DNA of 64,000 bases from Octopus vulgaris (Eukaryota). The stretch covers positions 192,324,001 to 192,388,000 of the forward strand of contig OX597814.1 in NCBI GenBank assembly GCA_951406725.2, read 5' to 3'. This document shows positions 35,501 through 46,900 of this stretch, piece by piece. Under the pieces are notes generated by a model that saw only the letters and a program-made list of their open reading frames with translations, was not told the origin of the DNA and searched no databases. The translations under genes and the position numbers were made by a program. Each line of letters opens with the position of its first letter. Within the stretch, counting starts at the first letter, position 1.

Positions 35501-37888
35501 ATATTTTGGAAACTTCTGCACCTTAAGGGAATACAAAGGCCACTCAGTTACATTGGTATTATTAGTTCAGACACACAACATGAAATTTAGACCTTACTAA
35601 AGCTAATGGGAGACAGAAATTCTTGGTACAGTATTGTGAAATGTGTCTCAGTTATGGATGCTTGAAGATGAGAAAATAGTTGAGTATATATAATACCAGT
35701 ACTTGACAAGCACTTTAGTTTATTAATGTATTGGAAGGATGAAAGGCAAAGCTGATCTTGACAGTATTTGAACTCAGTATGTAATGGTTTGTAAATTTTT
35801 TTAAAAAATCACAAAAAACCATAAGAAGCATTTTGTCTGAGGTCCTAATGATTCTTCTTAACTACAATCCTCAATAGAAATATATATTAACTAGCAGTAT
35901 CGCCCAGCGTTGCTCAGGTTTGTTTTCTTTTCGACCCTTTAGAATTGGAAAAGTAAAAATGTTGCATTATGTAGCTTGTTATTCTCTTTAAGTGAACATT
36001 TTTCTGGTTGAAATACAGCGAAAAATGACGACACAGCAGTAAAAAAATAGGGATTTTCATAGAAATAAAGCACCTTTTTGATGTAAATAATTTTTGGCCT
36101 TAACATGGTCTGATTTGAATTTTATCTTCAACAGAATGAAGAACAAGCCTTCTTCTATCATACTCTCAATTTTGGTCAACTTGCACCGTAGGGTCTCGGA
36201 GGAGATAGTGTTAGTTGAAGGCTACCAAACCTGCCACACACACACAGACAACTTCAGCTTTATATATAGAGATTTGCAAAAAACAGAGAGTAACATAAAG
36301 CTACTTATAAACTGTTTAGTATCCATTTTTACAAGTATTAATGTATATTTTGGTTATAGGCAGTATTTCCAGCTGGTCAAGAAACCATGTAAAGATGTCA
36401 TTGATATCTATTTTTGGCAGTAAGGTGAAAGAAATAAGGTACATAGAATCAAGTTTATTTCCCAGACATACAATAACATGAACAAAACATCATCTTTAAG
36501 AAACTTGTCATTCAATATTGCAGTCATTAAGCCATTTCTACTAAAAGCTTACTTGCTGAAGGGTAGGGAGATTATAGTTCAATATTGTAGCTCACTCATG
36601 GGAAGGCAGCAAGCTGGCGTCGTTAGCAACTGGGCAAAATGCAAAGTGGCATTTTGTATGTCATTACATTCTGAGTTCAAATTCTGCCAAGGTTGATTTT
36701 ACCTTTTATCCTTTTGGCATTGATAAAATAAGTATCAGTTGAGCATTGGGGGTCAATGTAATCAACTTACCCCCTCCTCTGAAACTGCTGGCCTTGTGCC
36801 AAAATTGAAATTAATATTATTGCTCTTAGGCTATTCCAGTGTAATGTTTGTAGCCCAATACTATAACCACTGAGCTCACAGATTGCAGTTCAGTAATGTA
36901 GCCACTGAGGTATTCCATATCTACAATCAGTTTACTGACTAGAGGGGAGACACCAAGTATCATAGTGAGTGGGGTACAACCTTCTGATGGTTCAATCCAG
37001 GCCAGCCTTGATCTAGAAAAGACCAATGATAAAAGGCTTTCTATCTATGACATCCCATCCTGTTTCCAAACATTACATTGAGCACTTACATTTACTAGTG
37101 TGTAGTTAACAAGCAGTGCTGATTTCAAATCCTGTCATCATCATCATCGTTTGATGTCCACATTCCATGCTAGCATGGGGTGGATGATTTGACTGAGGAC
37201 TGGCAAACCAGATGGCTACACCAGGCTCCAATCTTGATCTGGCAGAGTTTCTACAGCTGGATGCCCTTCCTAATGCCAACCACTCCGAGAGTGTAGCGGG
37301 TGCTTTTACATGCCATGGTCTTAGAAAAGGCAATGGGGGATCTACTCCAGTGAATCGTTCTCATATCCTGAAATTTGGAGATTTGTCAAAGACTTAAACT
37401 TTCCATAACATTGATGAGTTTTTTGAAGAATTATTGCATTTTGGGAAGACAACTGAAGGCCTATCTTCAAGTAGTGATTCTGTGATGACAAGTCTGGACT
37501 CAGCAATAACATCTAATGAAATACTTGTAAAATTTAGAGAGTTTCAACTGTTTATTGTAGTTATTTGTTAAAAGAAATTAAAAATTTGACATAGATCAGT
37601 GCTACTCAAAGTGGTGGTCCATGGCACCAGTCCACAGTGAGTTTCCAGAAAAGAAAGAAACATAAAATGCTTATGTAATATTGTATTATTTGTTTACAAA
37701 ATAAATATAGGCACAGGAGTGGCTGTGTAGTAAGTAGCTTGCTTACCAACCACATGATTTCAGGTTCAGTCCCACAGCGTGGCACCTTGGACAAGTGTTT
37801 TCTACTATAGCCTCGGGCTGACCAAAGCCTTGTGAGTGGATTTGGTAGACGGAAACTGGAAGAAGCCTGTCGTATATGTATATATATA

Positions 37889-37930
<42 letters not shown>

Positions 37931-40900
37931 TGTGTTTGTGTGTCTGTTTGTCTCCCCAACATCGCTTGACAACCGATGCTGGTATGTTTGCGTCCCCCGT
38001 AACTTAGCGGTTCGGCAAAAGAGACTGATAGAATAAGTACAAAGCTTACAAAGAATAAGTCTTGGGGTCGATTTGCTCGACTGAAGGTGGTGCTCCAGCA
38101 TGGCTTCAGTCAAATGACTGAAACAAGTAAAACAGTAAAAGAGTATACGATGAAAAAAATTGTCAACTTTTATTATATTCATTATATATATTGTTTCCAG
38201 TATAAATTAATATTACTAAGAAATATTACTGGTCCTTGGCACATTGGAAAAAAAAACTGCCAGTACACCACATCAGATAGTTTGAGAAGCACTGACATGG
38301 ATTATATCTATATCTGAATTACTTGAACAATTGTTCACATGGCTGAGTGGTCTTCATCCAGCAGTCATGTAGCAGCAACATCTGTTTCCAATTAGCACGC
38401 CGGGCGAAATGCGTAGCCGTATTTCGTCTGCCGTTATGTTCTGAGTTCAAATTCCACGGAGGTTGACTTTGCCTTTCATCCTTTCAGGGTTGATAAATTA
38501 AGTACCAGTTACGCACTGTGGTGGATGTAATCGATTTAATCCGTTTGTCTGTCCTTGTTTGTACCCTCTGTGTTTAGCCCCTTGTGGGTAGTAAAGAAAT
38601 ATGTTTCCAATTAAAGTGAACAAAAGTGCCTAGCTCTATTTTTATTTTCATTGAAGCAAGTAAAATATGTGCCCGGTTGTAATTTTTTTCACTGAAATAA
38701 GATATGTGATACACCACAAGGACCAGTGCTCAAATGATACACCACAAGGACCATTGCAAGATTTGAATTCCTCCTATACCAAGAAAAAGAATAATTTACC
38801 TTCTTGTTAGGTAACCAATCACACTAGCAGCATAAGAAGCCTGGAAGACAAAATTGTACACCATTAGAACAGCAACAGGAACTAAAAACTAAATGACATC
38901 TTTTTGCTCTCCAAGCTTTTATTTACAGTCAGTTGGGTTAGTCAAACATAATAAGTAAATGTTGACCATAAATGCAGGAATGAAATTTGCTTAAGGGATA
39001 CAAACCCAGTTTTACTGGAGGATTTTCAAGGTGTTTTCATTGTCCTTCTCCACTCCACCCACCCCCAAAATTTGGAGGGTGCGCTTGCACCCTTTGCTCT
39101 AAAGTCTATAACACTGACTATCATGTCCTCCTGAACTCACCTCACTAACCATCAAATATGAGCAAGATCAAACTGACTTTTCTCCTTATTGATTCTTAAC
39201 ATCATAGTGAAAGAGGGTGTAAGGGGATCAGTTATTGATTTGCATTAGGTCTATGTTTTTTATTTATTCATTGGAATGGTATGTATGAAGGAGACATGAA
39301 CACTGCAAGTCATTTTGCAGACTATTCATCTAGGAGGGCAGCAATCAAATAAGAGCTGATACAGGCTAGAAAGCTCTCTTTAGTCTAAGCGCAGACAAAC
39401 CTTTTTATGCTGGTGAAGTGATGAAATTTACCATACCATCTTGTAAAAAATACACAACTTTATTATAATACTAGCAGTATCGCCCGGCGTTGCTAGGGTT
39501 TGTTTTGACCCTTTAGAATTGGAATTTTTTAAACGTAAAAATTTTGCATTAAGACCTGTTGAGGCAAGTGTGTGACAGTTGTGAAGACCTGTTGAGGCAA
39601 GTGAAAATCAAACCAAATCAAAATAGATGAACATCAATGGAATTTGTATCTTTGTGGTACCAGTGCCGGTGGCACACAAGAAAACCATCCGAACGTGGCC
39701 GTAGCCAGTACCGCATCGACTGGCCTCCGTGCTGTGGGCACGTAACAAACACCATCCGATCGTGGTCGTTCGCCAGCCTCATCTGGCACTTGTGTCGGTG
39801 GCACATAAAAACACCATCCGAGCGTGTCCGTCTGCCAGCCTCGTCTGGCACCTGTGTCGGTGGCACATAAAATCACCCACTACACTCTCGGAGTGGTTGG
39901 CGTTAGGAAGGGCATCCAGCTGTAGAAACACTGCCAGATCTGACTGGCCTGGTGCAGCCTTCGGGCTCCCCAGACTCCAGTTGAACCGTCCAACCCATGC
40001 TAGCATGGAAAGCGGACGTTAAATGAGGATGATGATGATGTAGCTTGTTATTCTCTTTAAGTGAACATTTTTCTGGTTGAAATACACCGAAAAATGGCGA
40101 CACAGCAGTCAAAAAATCGTAAAAAATCGGGATTTTCATAGAAAGAAAGCACCTTTTTGATGTAAATAATTTTTGGTGTTAACATGGTCTGATTTGAATT
40201 TTATCTTTTACGGAATGAAGAGCAACCCTTCTTCTATCATACTCTCAATTTTGGTCAACTTGTGCCGCAGGGTCTCGGAGAAGATAGTGTTAGTTGAAGG
40301 CTAATAAACCTGCCACACATAGACAACCTCAGCTTTATATATAGAGATTATATTGGTACGCAAGGTGGGAAGTCATAATGAGACTGTAAATACTTATTCA
40401 GTCTGGTATAATCTCTCTATTGCACACACATATACACACGCAGGCACACACAAGTATGAGCTTCATTGCACAAAGATAATATAAAGAACACACACACATA
40501 TCCTAGCACATGATTACACATACAAACAGAAGAAGTAGAGCAGAGAAAGATAGAAAGAAACTGTGATCAAGATAGTACAAAGCTGATCCGCAAAATGAAG
40601 TAACACAAGAGAAACATCTAAAATAAAGTTTAAACATAAAAGGCTATTAGGCAGCCTGTGATAAAGTTTGCAGAGCTCGTTACTATTTTGTATGTTACAT
40701 TTCAGTGAATGAATAAAATATGAGGTGCATTCCAGAATTTTGAGACTTTCTTTAACCCTTTCATTACTGGATTTATTTTGAGATTCTCTGTTTTTCTTTC
40801 AATTAATTTTAAATATAACAAAGAATTTAGTAAAATAACTTAATTATCATTCAGCTAGTGTTAGGAACATAAATTGTGATTAAGGTTTGGTGGAAGATTT

Positions 40901-43900
40901 TAATTCAAAACTTATGAAAACAAGACATTTGTACTACAGAGCTAGGGCCGGTTTCAGCCAGGTTACTCCTTACCCTTTTACTTGTTTCAGTCATTTGACT
41001 GCGGCCATGCTGGAGCACCGCCTTTAGTCGAGCAAATCGACCCCAGGACTTATTCTTTGTAAACCTAGTATTTATTCTATCGGTCTCTTTTGCCGAACCG
41101 CTAATGTTACAGGGACGTAAACACACCAGCATCGGTTGTCAAGAGATGTTGGGGGAGGGGGGGGAAACACAGACACACAAACATATACACACACACATAT
41201 AAATACATATATACGACGGGCTTCTTTCAGTTTCCGTCTACCAAATCCACTCACAAGACTTCGGTCGGCCCGAGGCTACAGTTGAGGACACTTGCCCAAG
41301 GTGCCATGCAGTAGGACTGAACCCTGAACCATGTGGTTGGTAAGCAAGCTACTTACCACACAGCCACTCCTGCGTTAGTCATGAAAGGGTTAAGAGAGTC
41401 AGCAATAACTGTCTTAGATTAATGTAATTTTAGTATAGCACTAGCAGTATCGCCCGGCGTTGCTCAGGTTTGTAAGGGAAATAACTATAAAGCATTTGTA
41501 GAGAATTATAGCCAAAAAATAGCAAAAAAATGGGAAAAAATGATGGTAAATTTTTTTTGAGAGTTAAAAAAGGTGGAGTTGCGTCCCCTAGACAGTCTGT
41601 GGTTTGTGTTTCTGATTCTCGACCCCATGTCGAATTTAGCGATATTTTTCAGAACTGGGTGAACTTTTCAAAATTTTCGCTGCGTTAGTTTTGAATTATG
41701 ACATTGGGCTATGTGTGTGTCAAGTTTCATCAGAATCGGTTGAAAGCCGTGGTCAGGGTGAGGGTACAAGCAAACAGACACACAGAAACACGCACAGACA
41801 AACTGCCGTTTATATAGAGAGAGATTACTATACTGCTAATAAGCTGACCTGCCAAATTTTGTTATTCCAGATTGAAGGAAATAACTGTAACAGCACTTTG
41901 AACACACCTTACTAAACACTACTTGTTGTAATTCTCTCCTGGTAACCAACTACTTGACAGAAATGAACATAAAAACTGTCTCGCACCCACCCGACAATCC
42001 AGACCTTGCTCCCTGTGACTTTTGGTTGTTCCCTAAGCTGAAGGAGAACCTCAGCAGAACTTGTTTTGAAGACACTGAGAAGATGAAGGAGGTTATAGCA
42101 AGGGTCCCAGACACTTCCACTTCGGAGGACTTTGCAAAGAGGCTGAAGTGTTACAACAAGTGCATTGAAGTTAGAGCGTCTTACTTTGAAGAAATTTAGA
42201 GATCTGTACTTCTTTGAAAATAAGTTCGAGTTGAGAGTACTGGGATAGATGGAATTGACTTTGCCCTAAACTTGCTAGCTTTGGCAAAAATTATCCTCAC
42301 CACCGCTGCCGCCACCACCAGCATCATCATCAAGGCAGTGAACCAGCAGAATCATTACCATGCTGGGCAACATGCTTAGCAGCATTTTGTCTGTCCTTAC
42401 ATCCTGAGTTCAAATTCTACCGAGGTCGACTTTGCCTTTCATCCTTCCAGGGTCAATAAATTAAGTACCAGTGAAACACTGGGGTCAATGTAATTGACTA
42501 GTCCCCACCTCCAAAATTTCAGGCCTGGTGCCTTTAGTAGAAAGGATTATTATTATTATTATCGTAATTTTTTTTTTGTATCAATTTCTTCTACAAAAGC
42601 TAGATCAACAATACACCATTTTCCCCATGTGGTTTGTTCTTCTACCATCTTATCTAGAAGTTACAATTTTATGCTCGGACATTTTCAAATTTCTTGATCC
42701 TCTCACACACACTTCTATGCAGTAGAGCACTGGAAACCTAGATTGAATTTCAGCCCCTGACACACCTCACCTTCAGACCAGAGAAATCAAATCACAGATC
42801 TCTGTTCTTCTTTGATGTACCTGCCAGCTGAATAGCCATTTTTATTCTGTAACATAAGAAAGAAAACTGAAGAGCTCAAGGTCGAATCTTGGTTACATAA
42901 CTCCAAGAGTTCCACCCTTTAGCATGCAAGCACCGGAGGCAGTGCAACCAACTTAAAGAAAGTACTGGCAAAAGTGCATATAATTTTTGACTTCCCCTTG
43001 TAGTTCTGAAAACCTTCCACTCTCACCCCCCCCCCAGCCCATTTCAATACTGATGGATGGGAACAGTTTGAGGCTAAAACTGGAATCATTCAATTTACTT
43101 GAGATTCTCGTAAATAATACTTACAGCTTGCTCATTCCTCATAGCCACAAACTTGATGCCAGCAGTTTGCATGGCCATTGCAACTTCGATAACTGGAACA
43201 CCAACAATGCCAAACACATATTCAATACCCTGGATAAAAGTGAAAAGAAAAGCAACAAGTTATAAGTCAAACATATCATACACAGGTATGTGACATTTTT
43301 AAATATATTTCTTTATTGCCCACAAGGGGCTAAACTTAGAGGGGACAAACAAGGACAGACAAAGGGAATAAGTCGATTACATCGACCCCAGTGCGAAACT
43401 GGTACTTTATTTATCGACCCCGAAAGGATGAAAGGCAAAGTCAACCTCGGCGGAATTTGAACTCAGAACGTAATGACAGATGAAATACCGCTTAGTATTT
43501 CGCCCGGCATGCTAACGTTTCTGCCAGTTCACTGCAGAACATTTTTAAATATTGAGGGATGATTGTAGGACAGTATGTGTACAATACATGAGACAGAACA
43601 AGCATACAAAGAATTATGTATTAAGTTCAGTAACTTAATGGAAAAACAATTGCAGTGTGGAAGGTGTTTATAAGCCATTTAAGAAACACACAAAAACCGT
43701 TAGATTCACTTCAACATTTAATTTGTCAAAATATTTTTGCTGCTTTGAGACCGTGACCTGTTCACTGACAAAACTCCGGAGTGACGAAAATATTTTGACA
43801 AATTAAATTTAAATGTTGAAGTCAATCTAAAGGTTTTTGTGTGTTTCTTAAATGGCTTATAAACACCTGGTGCAGCTCCACCAGTCTTAGGGGTCTATGG

Positions 43901-46900
43901 GGTGGCTGGGTGACGTAGTATCTCCAAGGGGGGAATATGTGGTGCTCTTTGGAGTAATTCATCTGCTTTGGTCCTCACCTGACACCCAGCTCTCACCTGT
44001 GGCTCTTCAAAGCTGCCTGCATGCAGCAGCGGCCACACACCAGGCAATGGCTTTCACAGGCTGGTTAAATCATAGTGAGGGTAACTGACGGCTTTCAAAC
44101 ATGCATATGTTTATTATTTACATTCAACAGATATTTGTCCTCATCTTGTTTGTTGTTTGTGCTAACAACAAGATGAGGACAAATATCCGTTGAATGTAAA
44201 TTCCTCATCTCTCAGATATAGAAATGCATAGGTTTGTCTACCTATGGATGTGAAGACTGTACCTGGTGAACAGTGGAGAAAACCAGCAGATATCATGGAT
44301 ACTAGTCAAATGAAGTTCAACTTGTGTCGTATTAGTCTTATTCTTATTCTTATTTCTCATAAATGGTAGGCTTAATCTGTTAACTTAGTTTAGCTTCACC
44401 ACCGACGACAACAACTAGTCTTTGGAGGCTTTTGGCAGAATCCACCAAATCACAAGCACTCAAACCAGGTCTCTGGTCTGAAGATAACATCCTTTGCTTC
44501 CCCCCCACCAGTTGTGAAGGTTTGAAAAGGGTCAGAGGTGCTGTCCCTTTTTCTTCAGACACATTGTCATTACCATTTAATGTCCATGCTTCATGCTAGA
44601 ATGTGTTGGACAGAGTTAGTGGATCCAGTGGATCCTAGGACTACATTGTGCTCCAATGTCTGCTTTGGTTTGGTCTCTATGGCTGGATGCCCTTCCTAAT
44701 GCCAACCACTTTAAGAGTGCACTGGGGGCTTTTTTGTGTCACCAATATTAGTGAGGTTGCCATGTAGCTTGCATGACTAGAAAGCCTTAGTGGAAGAGCT
44801 ATTCTAGGCAATAAGGGGCTAAAGTATGAGAGAAGGCACAGCAGGAATTTTACTATAAACGAGACCATAACCTCGTGGCCTATGCCAGGGGTGTAACCAG
44901 CCCACTTATGCATACCTTTCCTTCATTGGACACTAAACTCTGCTTGCGAAAACCTGACGAGGCAAGTGAAATTCAAATCAAATTTGATGACTGACATCCG
45001 TGCTAGTGGAGCGCTAAGAGTACCATCCGAGCGTGATCGTTGCCAGTGTAGCCTTACTGGCACTTGTGCCGGTGGCACGTGAAAAAGCATTCGAGCGAGG
45101 TCGTTGCCAGTGCTGCTGGACTGGCTCCTGTGCAGGTGGCACGTAAAAAGCACCATTTGAACATAGCCGTTGCCAGTACCACCTGACTGGCTCTCGTGCC
45201 GGTGGTACGTAAAATCATCCACTACACTCTCGGAGTGGTTGGCGTTAGGAAGGGCATCCAGCTGTAGAAACCATGCCAGATCAGATTAGAGCCTGGTGCA
45301 GCCATCTGGTTCGCCAGACCTCAGTCAAATCATCCAACCCATGCTAGCATGGAAAGCGGACGTTAAACGATGATGATGAGCTACATGACTACTCACATTT
45401 AGAAGAGAGGATGTTAAATGATAATGAAGATGATGCTGAAAATGACTGGGTAGATCTAGCAAAAGATAAAATAGTGGTGATGAGATATCTTCATGGGCCC
45501 TCAAAGTATGAAGTGAGTAGAAGTGAGTGCAGACAGAAATGAGGATAAAGTAATCAAAAATAATTAACACACATTAGTAGACAGAGACAACAAAATATTA
45601 GCTATTGACAGGAATATGATCTAGAATTTCATACACTAAATTAGCCTTTTGTAATTAATTAGATAGCACATACTTTGATAAATGCAGTACTTCTTTTGAT
45701 CAGCCAACACTATACAAGCAAGACATGGTCCACTGATCGAAGAAAGTATCTCTGAATAAGAAGTGAATAACTGAATTAGAGTGTGACAGCCCACGTAACC
45801 AGAACCAGAATGGAAGGCAGGTGTAAAAAGAATGGCTATGATGAATCAATAGCTGATATTTTATAGTTGTAAATCACCCTCATTCTCGTTTTTATGCCCG
45901 CTACCCATGCTGGTATGGGTTGGAGGGACTGTCACACTCTGATTCAGTTCTTATTCAGAGTTACTGTCATATCTTGGATTAGTGGACTATGTCTTGCTAG
46001 TACAGGGTCAGCAGATGAAAAGAAGTACTGCTTATCAAAGTAAATGGTATCCAATTTAAAATGTATGAAGGGGCGCTGGAAAGTTCCTGGCTTTGGGTAA
46101 AAGAAAATACAGGAGACTCAGTTAATTATGATTTTATAGAATACTAGCACTATGACCCGGCGTTGCTGGGTCATAGTGCTAGTGCATGCATATACAGCTG
46201 CATGTGTGCGCACATACACGCCAGTACTGTCCAAATCTCTGACCAATCATATACAGCTAGCATTCAATTGGCGTATCAAGTTTCAAGCATTTTGATTGGG
46301 TTTTGGATAGAAAATTTTTTAAAAAGTCACTTCTATTGATTTTTTAATGGTTTTGCGGGGTGACTGGGGAAATGTAAAGATGTGCACGACCACCCTTGGA
46401 TGGTTTTGAATGACCATAGAAAGTGCGAGCCCTCTAACTGAAAAATTGTGGATTTGTATAAAGGATTTCATTATATGTTTTTCTGTCAACTTTTTAAGAA
46501 AATTTTCTGAAGAAAGTCACACACAAAACATAAAGTCTATCGCTATTTCACATATTATTTTGTATTTTATACATGGCCCAGCAACTTACAGGCCTCTTTA
46601 CCTAGTGGTTAATCAAACTACAACACTAAAATAATAATTTAATAAACATCGGATGCAGTTCAGAAAATATCAAATAAAAAACATTACTCAATTCGAGAGA
46701 AATAGAAGAAATAAGAGTGCAAAAGACATGAAAGTGGGTGTTTAAATTAACATACTCAGTTCTAAAGATTACATAACAAAACTTTAATAAAATGTATAAT
46801 GTTTATGTATTCACAACTTTATATATTCTTTATAAAGTTACAGAAAGAGCTGCATATGTCTTAAGAGCCACAGAGTATCCTGCCTGCTTTAAGAGAAGCA

